DNA of 55,645 bases from Octopus bimaculoides (lineage: Eukaryota), in assembly GCF_001194135.2 (NCBI RefSeq), contig NC_068982.1, positions 131,660,061-131,715,705 on the forward strand, given 5' to 3'. The notes under the pieces are model-generated. The model ran no database searches. It was not told the DNA's origin and saw only the letters and a program-made list of their open reading frames with translations. The position numbers were made by a program, and so were the translations under genes. This document shows positions 39,239 to 52,586 of this stretch, piece by piece. Numbering within the stretch: the stretch's first letter is position 1; the number at the start of each line of letters is the position of its first letter.

Positions 39239-39460
39239 AAGATGGCGAATTTGCAGAATCGTCTGAGCGCTGGCGAAAATGTTTAGCGGGATTTCTCCCG
39301 CTTCTTTATGTTGTGTGTTCAAATCCCACCAAAATCAACTTGGCGTTTCATCTCCCTCAACGGAGTCGATAAAATATAGTAGCCGTCAAATTCGGGAGTC
39401 AATGGCATCGACTAAAACCCTCTTCTCGAAGTTGCAGGCCCCGTGCCCATATCAGAAAAA
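39239..39460 (+). mobile_element. Diverged SINE family B
   Basis: aagatggcgaatttgcagaatcgtc...cggagtcgataaaatatagtagcc...gcaggccccgtgccc. Confidence 0.7.
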
Positions 39461-40351
39461 ATTTACTCCGAGTTTATTTATTTAGTTATTTGTATCACTA
39501 AAATTATGTAAACATTTTCAAATAATGCACCGCATTTTCCAAAATTTTAAATATGCACAACGAAATTCCAGGCAGGAAATTACTTTGTATGTTTTATACG
39601 AACGATAGGGAAGTAGCAACCACTTTTATGGCATCATGAAACGAAGACATATTGATGGAGACTTGAGAGGAAACGCATGTGTCGGCAGCAGTGTAGCTAA
39701 GAGATGGAGGCACGAGAGCAGTACGCCCCAGGTGACGCTTTTATGGAGGCAGCATTTTTAGGGTCTCGTGTATAAGGCTGTATAGGCTCACACCGGGGTG
39801 CACCGGTGACGTACATTGTAGCTACGCCAGTGTGTATCGGTTGGGTCTGTGTTTTGGTTTACGCAATCAGCCCCATCAGCTGGACCGTCATTTACTAATC
39901 TCCAACGTTTACCAAACCCCAACGCTTGTTTTGGGCGTGTATAGTCGTACACTCAAGCGAGTGAATGCGCATGCGTGTGTGCGCACACTGGTACGCTTGT
40001 GTACATGGATGCGTATATACATATGTACATATGAAATAAATACGAATTTGATTGAAAGGATCTCTGGATAAACAAATTTTCTTTTTCTTTCGGTTCTTTA
40101 TTAATCAATGTAATTCACCATACATACATACATACAGATATAGTATATATTTCATACATATACAATACCTGTATACATTGATAAATGCGGGGCTGGAGGA
40201 ACAAATTCAAAGTTTGAAATGCTGTGTGGTTTTTAGCGAAATCGGAATAATTTGTTATCATCGAAAAGATTTCCAATAGTTTTTCTATTAATTGAAGCCG
40301 CTTTAGTGAAAGGTTACTCTGTAATGTTTGTTGATCACGGAAATACACCTT

Positions 40352-40677
40352 GAAGGCGCGTGGCTTAGTGGTTAGGGTATTGCTTTCACGATCGTAAGTT
40401 CGCGAGATCGTTTCCCGGCGGCGCGTTGTGTCCTTGAGTAAGACATTTTATTTCACATTACTCCAGTTCACTCAGCTGGTAACAATTAGTTGTACCTGTA
40501 TTTCAAAGAGGCTAGCTTTGTCACATTCTGCGTCACACTGAATATCCCTGAGAACTACGCTAAGGGTAAGCGTATCTGTGGAATTCTCAGCCACTTGCAC
40601 GTTAATTTCATGAGCAGGCTGTTCTGTTGTTCGCATCATCTGGAACACTCGTCGTCGTAACCGACGGAGTACCAGTT
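40352..40677 (+). mobile_element. tRNA-derived SINE family C, best copy
   Basis: A-box tggcttagtggttagg, B-box-like gatcgtttcccgg, and a body colinear with the copies at 7459 and 36515. Confidence 0.88.
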
Positions 40678-40736
40678 TATCTAGATACCTTAGTTTTGTA
40701 TCTTAGTATTTATAGCACCCGTTTGTGTGGAACAGA

Positions 40737-40782
<46 letters not shown>

Positions 40783-40995
40783 CCTTTTTGTTAACATTTT
40801 CTTTGCTTGGAATATTTTCTTTGACCAAATTTCACTTCTACCTATAACAGCAAGTATTATTGTTAACATTTAGGGTAGCTTGGAAGTAACGCTACAACTG
40901 TGTCCCCTAATCTGGAACAGTTTCATAGTAATATTACAACCTTGCACCATAAAATTGTAAATGCAATGTAGGAAACTAGTGGAAGCTGGTTTACC

Positions 40996-41367
40996 TTTTA
41001 GTTTTTACTTATTGCGGTTATTGGATTGCAGTCATGCTGGAGCACTCCCTTGGAGAGTTTTAGCCAAACAAATTGATCCTAGTATTGACTTTTTAAATGT
41101 GATATTTATTACGAACTGCTTTGTTTACGGGTATTTAAACGAACCAAAACCAGTTGGCAAACGATGTGGGGGAAAAACACAAACACAGACATACAGACAC
41201 ATATACATGTGATAGGTTTCCACAGAAACTCCGTCTACCAGATTTGCTGAAGGCATTAATCGGCCCGGAGCTGTTGTAGAAGACACTTGTTCAAGGTGCC
41301 ACGCATTGGGACTGAAACCGAAATCAGATGGTTGTAAAGTGATCTTCTTAACCACACAGCCATGCCA
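40996..41367 (-). mobile_element. Bipartite SINE family A
   Basis: Reverse complements of the 3' module and the head joined by a short (CA)-type linker. Confidence 0.8.
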
Positions 41368-42178
41368 ATAAATTCTGTCGTCAGCAGACGAAAGGCAACG
41401 GGCAACGATACACGACAAGTGAAGCTTCATAACGGCGATAGCCTCACGGCATGACATTTGCTATTTGACATTTGTTGGTCATGCAGAATATTACGTCAGA
41501 CGATGTCAGGCGGAATCATGGCGGATGTGCAGTGAAGCGAGGAAGATGTAGTCGAATGCTAAGTCTTAAAAATGTTGTTGTTGCTGTTGTTGTTGAATAC
41601 TCTACTCGAAACGTAGACATTCGGAAAATTGTTGAATAGTTCCAGTGATACGCACACGAGCATGCACAAGCATACATATATACACGCGTATATATACACA
41701 CTCAAACACATACAAACACAAGCAAACATAATACTCGCACACAACAAATACACATAAATATACGCACAACAAATACACACACATCACACACACATACATC
41801 ACAGACACATACAAAGATACATACACACACATATACACATGCACACATGCACACACAAACACACGCGCGCGCGCGCAAAATGAGGTGGCAGTGTTACCTT
41901 GGGATCATGTGAATGAAAGAGACAGAATTAATCTGGGGACTAATAAATATTCTAATAATATTTTTCACTTAAATATAGAGGGAATTTATCCTGATAATTT
42001 CTGTCTCTTTGAATCACGTGATCTCATGGTTAACACCGTAATCTTACAAGCGCTGATAAGAGATACTTAAAAAACATTGCTATTAAACAACTGTCTACAA
42101 ACAAATTTCGAAACCTTAGGTACCACTAAGTGAGCCAGGAGGCAATATTAGTGAGAACAACAGCAACAACAATATATA

Positions 42179-42343
42179 GGCGCAGGAGTGGCTGTGTGGT
42201 AAGTAGCTTGCTTAACAACCACATGGTTCCAGGTTCAGTCCCATTGCGTGGCACTTTGTGTAAGTGTCTTCTACTATAGCCTCGGGCCGACCAAAGCTTT
42301 GTGAGTGGATTTGGTAGACGGAAACTGAAAGAAGCCCGTCGTA

Positions 42344-42376
<33 letters not shown>

Positions 42377-42528
42377 NNNNNNNNNNNNNNNNNNNNNNNN
42401 NNNNNNNNNNNNNNNNNNNNNNNNNNNNNNNNNNNNNNNNNNNNNNNNNNNNNNNNNNNNNNNNNNNNNNNNNNNNNNNNNNNNNNNNNNNNNNNNNNNN
42501 NNNNNNNNNNNNNNNNNNNNTATATATG

Positions 42529-42567
<39 letters not shown>

Positions 42568-43030
42568 TTGTGTGTCTGTGTTTGTCTCCCCAACATCGTT
42601 TGACAACCGAAGTTGGTGTGTTTACGTCCCCGCAACTTCGATAAAAGAAACAGATAGAATAAGTACTAGGCTTACAAAGAATAAGTCCTGGGGTCGATTT
42701 GCTCGACAAAAGGCAGTGCTCCAGCATGGCCGCAGCCAAATGACTGAAACAAGTAACAAAGTAAAAGAGTATAGGTATACGTATGTATATATACATATAC
42801 TTATATATACATATATGTATTATATATATATATATGTGTGTGTTTGTGTCTATGTTTGTTCCCCGCCCCGATGTTCGTGTGTTTACCTCCCTGTAAGTTA
42901 GTGGTGCGGCAAAAGAGACCGATAGAATAAGTACCAGGCTTACAAAGAATAAGTTCAGGGGTAGATTTCTTCGACTAAAAGGCGGCGCTTCAGCACGACC
43001 ACAATCAAAATGACTGAAATAAGTAAAAAA
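42179..43030 (+). mobile_element. SINE family A (42179-42769) plus a second 3' module (42835-43030)
   Basis: Canonical head, (TA)n, gap, (TG)n and 3' module, followed by a repeated 3' module. Confidence 0.88.
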
Positions 43031-43063
43031 ATGAAAGAATAAAAAAGAATATGTATATATATA

Positions 43064-44294
43064 GAGGGTGCGTAAGGTATTTGAGGACATACCTTTTTAG
43101 GTCATTGCTACACTTTTTGTTAACTCTGTATAATCTTTGCTTCAGAAAATAATAATGGCAGACACTCAGCTTACTCAAGAAATGAAGAGGCATGCTGTTA
43201 TTGGGGTTATAACGGCAGAACATAGCGATATAGAAATATCTCAATTTTTAAAAGTTGTCAGATCTTTCGTCTACAAAGTTTGTAAGGAGTTTGAGACTGA
43301 AGATGGAAACGTATCACCAGTATCAAAGCATAAAATGCATTCTAAACACTCTCACATCATCAGAACACCTGAATTTATCCAGCAAGTTCAACAGACCATT
43401 GATTACAATTCCAGAAAGTCCATGAGGTCAATTGCAAAAGATCTCCATGTGTCAGAAGGAACAGTCAGAAATGTTGTCCGCGAAAACATCAGATATAAGT
43501 CTTATATGATAATGAAAGGTCAATTTGTCAGGAAAAGTAAAAGAAAATCACTACATCAGATTTAAAAGGCTCTTAAACAAATTGAAAAATCCAGCAGAAG
43601 ATTTGATTTGGTTTTTCTCAAACGAGAAAAACTTCGACCACTATCAAAAAGTTAACAGAAGAAATGACTTATGGCTACGTGCAGACCCTTTTGAAGTTCC
43701 AAGTGTTATGCATACAAAATTTCTTTCAACTGTCATGCTTTTAGGGGTAGTCAGCAATGAAGGACATGTGATACCTCATAACTTATTTCCACAAGGTCTT
43801 AGAGTTAAGCCTGCCGCCTACATTGAGGTCCTAGAAATAATTGCTACGTCCTGGATAGACACTGTATGCAATATGAAGGCCATATATGTTTCAGTAAGAC
43901 ACTGCACTGTCACACATGGCTTTAGTAACACAGGAATGGATGGTTGAGATTTTTCATGATCACATAGCTCTTGACATTCAGCCACCCGATTCCCCAGATC
44001 TCAATCCATTTGACTATTGCATGTGGAGCGTTGTTGAAAGAGAGGTCAATGAACACGCCCATAATACCAAAGATACTTTGAAAGCTGCCATAATCAGAGA
44101 AATGACCAAAATGTACCAGGACCACTTGATTCGAGCATGTAGAGCATTTAGATCTCATATAGAAGCCGTTGTTGCAGCTGAAGGTGGCTTTATTGAATAA
44201 CTTTATAGAAAAGAAGGCTTATTTTTATCCTCATAACAGTTTTTTTATAAACAAAGTTATTATCTGTTATTATATAGTTGTTTTACGCAACCTG
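43064..44294 (+). mobile_element. Near-full-length DD37D (maT-type) Tc1/mariner transposon
   Basis: 1231 bp between TA dinucleotides within (TA)n. Degenerate TIRs GAGGGTGCGTAAGG and reverse complement CAGGTTGCGTAAAA. Confidence 0.9.
43155..44200 (+). pseudogene. DD37D transposase pseudogene, about 347 codons
   Basis: Three overlapping ORFs (43137, 43525, 43916). WFFSNEKNF has the first D changed to N. FQ*DTALSH...PPDSPDLNPFDY has exactly 37 residues between the second and third D. Ends AAEGGFIE*. Two frameshifts and one in-frame stop (43895-97). Confidence 0.92.
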
Positions 44295-44308
44295 TATATA
44301 TATACACA

Positions 44309-44515
44309 GGCGCAGGCGTGGCTGTGTGATAAGAAACTTGATTTTCAACCACATGGTTCCGGATTCAGTCCCACTGCGTGGCACCTTGGGCAAGAGTTTT
44401 CTACTATAGCCTCGGGCCGACCAAAGCCTTGTGAGTGGATTTGGTAGACGGAAACTGAAAGAAGCTCGTCGTATATATAAATATAAATACACACACACAC
44501 ACACANNNNNNNNNN

Positions 44516-44554
<39 letters not shown>

Positions 44555-44893
44555 TAGAAAAAAAATAAGGTACTCAGAGATCTGGATGGTTGTACATTTA
44601 CAAATTTTTATTAATATGTCACATGTTATTATAAATCATAAATTAGTGCTTGCATCTATTCTAATAGAATTTCCATGTATATGTTTGTGTGTTTGTGTGT
44701 CTCTGCTTGTCCCCCCACCATCGCTTGACAACCGATGCTGATTTGTTTACGTCCTCGTAATATAGCAGTTCGGCAAAAGAGACCGATAGAATAAGTACTA
44801 GGCTTACAAGGAATAAGTCTTGGTGTCGATTTCTTCGACTAAAGGCGGTGCTCCAGCATGACCACAGTCTATTGGCTGAAGCAAATAAAAGAA
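44309..44893 (+). mobile_element. Bipartite SINE family A, with its microsatellite interrupted by a gap and about 140 bp of other sequence
   Basis: Head 44309-44475; 3' module about 44690-44893. Confidence 0.82.
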
Positions 44894-45281
44894 TATAACG
44901 CACGCGCGCGCACACACACACGCGCACGCGAGCACAGATATAGGGGCTGTGATGTTCTACAGAATTTAGATGGCTGAAACTACTCATAAGCAGACGTTCG
45001 ATTTAATGTGGAAAGAACAAATAAACAAATGACAACCTGAGAAGCATCGATGCTAAATTTACATTTCATCCCGTAAGCGCTTTCGTTTCCAATTCAACTT
45101 CGTATGGTTAACTTTAATACCGATAAGTGAGAGTCGAAATCGTGTGACACATGTTTCTGTCCTTTTGTGAGGTTGAAAATATATATCTTGCGTGTCCAAC
45201 TCTCTTCTTCGACTCAGGGACGGACTTAACTCTCTAGTGAAAAAGGTCTTTGCATTCTTCAGTTTCACTGCATCTTGATTT

Positions 45282-45498
45282 TTTTTTCTACTCTAGGCAC
45301 AAGGCCTGAAATTTTATGGGGAGGGGGCCAGTCGATTAGATCGACTCCAGTACGCAGCTGGTACTTAATTTAATCGACTCCGAAAGGGATGAAAGGCAGA
45401 GTCGACCTCGGCGGAATTTGAACTCAGAACATTAAGACAGACGAAATACCGCTAAACATTTCGCCCGGCGTGCTAACGTTTCTGCCAGCTCGCCGCCT
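45282..45498 (-). mobile_element. Full-length SINE family B with 19-bp TSD
   Basis: TSD tttca(c/t)tgcatcttgattt at 45263-45281 and 45499-45517. Confidence 0.93.
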
Positions 45499-45979
45499 TT
45501 TCATTGCATCTTGATTTCTTGACAAAATCTTTATTTTAAACGTTTCTAGTATCATTGTCTACGTTGAATCGCTGCGCTTGGTTGGGTTGATTTGAAGAAG
45601 TGCTTTATTACTCTGGTGGGTAATTCCCTTTTCGTCAAACTTAAATAGGTGTCTTCACAGTCAGACAGATATAGGCAAATGACACTTGTTTTTTAAAAGA
45701 TATCCGACCACCGACTTCTCTATTTTTCTTTGCTTTAGTCACATAGCATCTAATTAGGCAGCTTGTTGTCGGTCGTTGCTATGACTACAAAACAAATGTT
45801 GCCGTGTGGTTTTCATACTTTCTTTAAAGACTATTATATAAAGATACACGCTGCTTGATCGTATATCTTTTAACGAATATAAGGAAACGTGGGCGAAGCT
45901 GTCAAATTCCGCAGTTAAGAACCCAATAACTTCTTGCTTTTTTTTGCCTTTTGAAATATTTTCTTTTTGCAGAAGTATT

Positions 45980-45984
<5 letters not shown>

Positions 45985-46033
<49 letters not shown>

Positions 46034-46062
46034 GCTCTCTCTCTCACTTTCTCTCTCTCTCT
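45985..46062. repeat. (CT)n microsatellite
   Basis: Read directly. Confidence 0.95.
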
Positions 46063-46381
46063 TTCTTTCTTTCACTCCCTCTATGTCCTCTTTTTCTAAT
46101 TTTCTCATACTAGGCAGCAGTGCAAGAAACTACACTTGCCGAATTTTCTTTCGTAATTGCAAGTGAAATCCAATGTAAAGATAAATTTCTTAGTTTAGGA
46201 TCCACATCTATCCCTAGTCCAAAACGATATTGGTTGAAATGGAAATATCGAATAACTGAAAGAAAAAAAAATCACAATCTTTTCAAGATTTCATCTTCCC
46301 AAAGTGCATAGCTATGAAATCCTCGTCTAATATGCATTCGGGAGCATGAGATCAAGCAAATGTCTAAACGACTATTATGTC

Positions 46382-46781
46382 CAGCACTGGATTAACCATT
46401 AGGCAAACTAAGCACGTGCCTAGTGCATCAAGGGAAGTGGGGTAACACAGAAATGGTAAATGGTTTACGGCACAAAAAAATTACTTCAAACTTGCTAAAA
46501 TAATACTCAATGTGATTTGTATGATCGGAAATATAATTTCGATGTGGTCATAATGAGGACCTAATCAAAAACTTTGTAATTAAGAAAAGTAAGAGAAAAC
46601 TTTTCAAAGTGGAAGTATACAGAACGTTATTTTCCATCTTTCTGTCAGTTTTGTTTCATTTTGGAAAATAAAACTTTATTTTATGGTTTATTATTATTGT
46701 TTATATTTTGAAGTAAATATATACTGAAGCATCAGAATCTTTTAAGTGCTTAGGGTCTCTATGGCTGTTAATTCCGCCCTA
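46382..46781. mobile_element. Old hAT-like MITE
   Basis: Degenerate TIRs cagcactggattaac and gttaattccgcccta. The 8-bp flanks attatgtc and gttatgtt match at 6/8. Confidence 0.5.
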
Positions 46782-47648
46782 GTTATGTTCCATGTGAGGC
46801 ACTTCTCTTGTTTCACATGGGATCTAAAATAGGCATCTAATTACGGCAGAAATCATAATTAGATGATTAAATAACACATAGTTTGATGACTAAAGTACCA
46901 AATTGAAATAAACACTGATCAACTAATGCCCTCTCAAATTCTGTTATGAATACCTGTAAATTCATATAAATTTAACTTGCTCATTCCAGTTGCTCAACTT
47001 TTTAGGGAAAGGGGTTAATAATATCCCTGTTACAAGCACAGAGTTATTCTTGCATAACCATGTGTTTATAAACTTTGGTAGTTGGACACTGGACAGGATT
47101 TATCTATTTATAAATGTTTATTATAAATGTTTTTGCGCTTGTGTATAGTTTTATCGTTGAAAATCGGTGTTTTACTCAAAAGCTAAATTTAACGATTCAG
47201 TAAAATTTAGATCGATAAAATACACATTGTGGTCGATATGATTGGTGAAAATCATTGACGGCAGTACCCTAGTATGGCCATAATGCAAAGACGAAAAGTA
47301 GTAAAAGAATATTGCCCCACAGGTACTCAATTATATATATANNNNNNNNNNNNNNNNNNNNNNNNNNNNNNNNNNNNNNNNNNNNNNNNNNNNNNNNNNN
47401 NNNNNNNNNNNNNNNNNNNNNNNNNNNNNNNNNNNNNNNNNNNNNNNNNNNNNNNNNNNNNNNNNNNNNNNNNNNNNNNNNNNNNNNNNNNNNNNNNNNN
47501 NNNNNNNNNNNNNNNNNNNNNNNNNNNNNNNNNNNNNNNNNNNNNNNNNNNNNNNNNNNNNNNNNNNNNNNNNNNNNNNNNNNNNNNNNNNNNNNNNNNN
47601 NNNNNNNNNNNNNNNNNNNNNNNNNNNNNNNNNNNNNNNNNNNNNNNN

Positions 47649-47702
<54 letters not shown>

Positions 47703-48654
47703 ATGTAGGTATATATGTTTGTATGTATGTGTGCGTTTGTATATTAGTGCATGTATATATGTATGTTTGTATATATATGTAAGTATTATGTTGGTGTGTA
47801 TGTTTGTTCGTATATATGCATGCATTTATGTATGTCTACATACATGCAAATATCCATATATCAGCCTTGTGCCCGAAGACTAGAGTTCTATGCTTCACCT
47901 GTAATAACATGTGTGTATCGGTGTTTGGTTTTCATAGCAACATCCATCTCCGCATTAATACATTTGCATAATACATCATCTTCGTAGACACCTTCTCCCG
48001 AGATAGAATGTTGATATGTGTGCGTGAGTAGATCTTTCATACTTAAGTCATTTAGATAATAGCAGTATACATTTTTTTAAAGGAAGAAATAATGCACACA
48101 TTGTGAAAATGTATTCTTGTCATCATATCGCCATTGGGTTAGCTAGCTTTCTGTGTATCTAATGTTATAGTTTATCTCATTCACCTCTCTCTATTTATAT
48201 TATACTGATATCGTTTGGCTTCTTTTGTGTTGTTTCCATTTGTTTTATATTTGATAACTCGGCATATTTTATTAGTTTTAGTAGTTACGTTGAATTCGTT
48301 GTTATCTTTAGCTCTCTTCTCCCTTTGCTGCAAGTGAATAGCCGAACGTCGATATAAAAAATAGATATCTGTCAATTTACCTCGTAAAAATTATAATGAA
48401 GAAGTTATCACTTACATGTATAAACTACACTGGTAGCATGATACATTGGATTCCATTCGGCTTCATTCAATCATATTGAGTCCTACTTCTATTTCTGTGT
48501 GTGTTAATAATACAGTTTAGTGAATATACAGTTACGGTGTAAAGGCTTTTTTTATTAGGGCTCTGACCGTGTTAAGCTAACAAAATACTCGTGGATTATG
48601 CAGTAATCCGCCTATTAAGCTAGCGAGCTGTACCTTAAAATAAATAAGAAAATG

Positions 48655-48830
48655 GATCTCCGTCAGTTTCGACGTTGAGTATTCAGGTGTTTCCATAAAC
48701 TGAATTGCTCATTCAGTTAGCGTATAATAAGTAACTGAACATTCCACAGATCCGTGTACTCTCGATGTAATTCCCAAAGAACTAGTAGGACAGTGTGTGA
48801 CATACCTATATCTTAAAATTACAGGTACAA
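48655..48830 (-). mobile_element. Diverged SINE family C fragment
   Basis: ctccgtcagtttcgacg...actgaacattccacagat...gtgtgacatacc...tacaggtacaa, in reverse orientation. Confidence 0.6.
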
Positions 48831-49350
48831 TGAATAAAACGGGATTCACACAGCTTCCCTCTACCTGGTTTCACTCATAAGGCTTAGATCGACACGAAAT
48901 TATGGTAAAAGACACTTGCTACACAGAGAGATCGAGCCCAGAACCGAACGTTTGCGTTGTGAAATTCTTGATTAATTACCCATGTTGTAATCATGTAAGT
49001 GATAAATAGGACCACTATTTGAATACAATTTGCCATGCTCAAATAAGAACCTTGATTCTATTAAACGTTGCTAGCAATTAGGTAACAAAACAGTACCGTT
49101 GGATTACAAACCAGAATATAAATCAAAAGTGGGAAGAACTAAAAGTGAAGATTATAATTCTTCGAAATCTAAAGTAAAGTTGAATTGAATTTGAAGTGCC
49201 AAAATTAATATACGCACATGAAACAACCCAAGACTAAAATACCAGTGTGTATATACGTTTATGTGTATGCAAGCGTAGAACGGCATTAGCTGTAATATTT
49301 TGCCCCAGAAAAAACACAAAGCTTTTTGCTCAGAACATCGGTGGATTACG

Positions 49351-49390
49351 CAGCCCGGTGTTTCGACCTAATTTGGTCGCCTCAGTGATG
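49351..49390 (-). ncRNA. Degenerate hammerhead ribozyme motif
   Basis: Minus strand catca-CTGAGGC-GACC-aaatta-GGTC-GAAAC-accg-GGC-tg. Stem II is perfect; A9 and U16.1 are substituted. Confidence 0.4.
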
Positions 49391-49589
49391 AGGACCTTCG
49401 ATGTTTTGAGCTAAGTCAAAAAATGCTTGTTGTGACATGGAAAATCAGCGTACAAAACACTTATTGATTTAAGCAAAACCTATCCAGGCTCAAATTAAAT
49501 TAATATCGTACTTGAATAGCCTTCCATTAAAATACTGGTGTGGAACGGTTCTAGCTGTGATAGCATTTTATTTTAAATAACTTTGCATC

Positions 49590-52435
49590 AGAAGCACAGC
49601 TTTCATTTTGAACAAATGAACATTCTTTAATGTCTTTTCATCAAAAATACAGTTCCAGTTTTATAAGATAAAACATTCTAAAATATCTTTCCAACAGAAA
49701 GACAACTTCAAATAAAAAAAGATATACCTTCATTAATATTTTTCCATCGGAAAGAAAACACTCCGACTTTGAACAATAAAGCCTTATATAATAGCTTTCC
49801 ATTGGAAACTCAGCTCCAACTTTAAACAATAATGCCTTCTATTATGTAAGCTCATCAGAAACACAAATCCATCTTTACAGAATTCAACCATCTCTTTCCA
49901 ACGGGATTACGACTTTAAATTTAAGCAATAAAACCTTTTTCAAAATCTTTCCAACAGAAACACAACTCCAAATTTATACAGGAAAACTTATACTATCTTT
50001 CCAACGGAAACACTACTCAAACTATAAACGCTAAAACCTTCTATAATATCTTTCCATCAGAATCACTACTCAGAATTTGAACAATAATGCCTTTCATGAT
50101 ATATTTTCATTTGGAACATAATTCCAACTTTAAGCAATAAAACCTACAATATCTCAATCAGAGACACAGATCCAAGTACAAATAATGTAACCTATAATAT
50201 CAGAAGCAAAATTCTAACTTTAAACAATAAAATCCTCTATACTATGTTTCAATACGAGACACATCTCCTAATTTAAACCATAAAATCTTTTATGATGTAA
50301 GTCCATTAGAAACGGAAATCCAGCTTTACAAAAAACACACCATCTGTACTATTTTTTCTCTCGAAACTACAACTCCAAATTTAAAGGACATTTTCTATAA
50401 TACTTTCCATCGTAAACACCAATCCGACTTTTAAGAGTAAAATATTCTATATATGTCCATCAGCAACAAAACTCTAACTCAAACAATAAACTTTTCTGTC
50501 AGAAACTCAGTTCCAACATTTAACAATCATACGTACTATAATATCGATCCAGCGGAAATATAACACCAACTGAAAAATTAAACCTTCTATAATATCATTC
50601 TATCAGAAACACAATATCAAATTTACACACAAAAAAGCTACACTAATATCTTTCCACCACAAACACAACTTCAAATTTAAATATAGTACTTTCTGTGTCT
50701 TACCATCAGAAAGACAACTCTATATTTGAACGATAAAAGCTTCAATATCTTTCCATTAGAAACAATTCCAAATTTAAACAATAAAACCTGTTAATATCTT
50801 TCGATCAGAAACACAACTCCAATTGAAGCAATAGGAGCTTCTATAATATATTACCATCCGCGGCAAATCCCGATTTTAAACAATAAAACGTTCTATACTA
50901 TAAGTCCATCGGAAACAGGGCTTCGGCCATAAAGAGTAAATTTTATAAAGTCAGAAGACCAACAGCAACTTTAACGAATAATACCTTCAATAGGAATAAA
51001 TCCATAAAAAACACAATTCTAACTTTACAGTTCATCTATTCTAAGTTTCAATTGCAGTAAGTTCAAATTTAAATAATAAATTCTTCTACAATATTTTTCC
51101 ATCAGAAACACAACTACAAATTTAGAATCGAACTCTTTTATGATATCTTTTCATGGGAAATATAGATGGCACTCAAAGTAGTAAAACTTTATGTAATATC
51201 TGTCTATCGGAAATGCAAATCCAAATTTAAGCAAAAAAAAAAAAAAAAAAAAAAAATCTATAGAATATTTCCATCAAAAGCACCACTTCAATTTTAGATA
51301 TTAGAATCGTCTATAATGTTGTTCCATGAGGAACTCACCTTTAAATAATAATATTTTCTACAATATCTTTTCGACGGAAATACAACTCCCACTCTCAATA
51401 AAAGGCTCTATAAATGTTGTAATATCTATCCAACGGAATCATAACGGCAAATTTAAACGATAAAAGCGTTCTAGAATAGCTTCCCTTCAGTAACTCAACT
51501 CCAACTTTAATCACTATGACCTTCCATAATATAATTCCATCCGAAACGCATCTCAAACTTTAAACATTAAAAATTTCTATCATATCTTTCCATCGGAAAC
51601 AGAACTGCAACTTCAAATAATAAAACGTTGTATAATATCATCCTATCAGAAACTCAATCCCAAATTTAGACAATAAATCCTTCTGTATTTTCTTTTCATC
51701 AGAAACACATTTCTATATTTAAACGATAACATTTTCTTTACTATCTTTCCATCATAAACACAACAGCAACTTTAAACAATATCTTACATAGTATCTTTCT
51801 ATCAGAAACACAACACCAACAATAAAAAATAAATATTCTTAAGCATCTGTCCATCAGAAACCCATTTCTATCTGTCAGTAATATACCCTTCTCTCGTACC
51901 TTACAATCGGAAACACAACTCTATCATTAAACAAAAAAACTACTATAACATGTTTCCATCAGAAACCCAACTCCAAACTAAACACTAAAACGTCCTCTGT
52001 CTCTCCCTCAAAAGCACGACACAAACTTTAACCATTAAGCCCTTCTATAATATCTTTCCTTCAGAAACACGACTCCTTCTTTTAACAGTGAACATTCTGT
52101 AATATGTTTCTATCAGTAGCAAACTCAAAATGTAATTCATAAAACCTGTTACAGAAGTACTATCGTACTATCAAAAGCAAAACTTGAATATTGTACAATG
52201 GAATCCTCTGTAATATTCCATGAGAATCGAATCTCCGGTTTTGAACTATAAATCCCTCTATGATATCTTTCCATAAGAAACACAAATCCAACTTTAAACA
52301 TTATAACCAACTATAATTATAATAACCTTTTATCAGAAACACAATTCCAAATTTAAACAATAAGATCTTTAAGATCCTTCTATCAGATATAAATCTCTAG
52401 CTTTGAGTAATAAACTTTTATCTTTCCATTAGAAC
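49590..52435. repeat. Degenerate tandem array, period about 52-53 bp, roughly 50-55 units
   Basis: Approximate consensus TATCTTTCCATCAGAAACACAACTCCAACTTTAAACAATAAAACCTTCTATAA. The core TTTCCA(T/A)C(A/G)GAAA recurs at about 49688, 49742, 49796, 49948, 49998, 50051 and onward. Confidence 0.88.
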
Positions 52436-52493
52436 TCCCCCAACAGCCTAACTGTCATTCAGCATAGTTCCGTTTCCCCCAGAAAACACATAC

Positions 52494-52586
52494 CAGTGAC
52501 TATGTAAAGCCAGTATGAATCCAAATGTACTGCAGTCCGAGGAAGTCTAGCAGTCCTAAACTTCAAAGTCGTTGTCACCACTTTTC
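52494..52586 (-). CDS. Candidate internal coding exon of an unidentified host gene
   Basis: Acceptor tacactttcacAG and donor CTG|GTATGT. 93 nt, symmetric phase 1, with only one open frame: (G)KVVTTTLKFRTARLPRTAVHLDSYWLYIVT. No homology recognised. Confidence 0.35.

Noticed and set aside
39687-39831. Possible small hAT-like MITE (cagcagtgtagcta ... tagctacgccagtg)
   Set aside because: TIRs are too degenerate and no TSD was found.
49590-52435. CRISPR-like array (periodic palindromic core)
   Set aside because: Eukaryotic context, no cas genes, and the intervening sequence is itself repeated rather than unique spacers.
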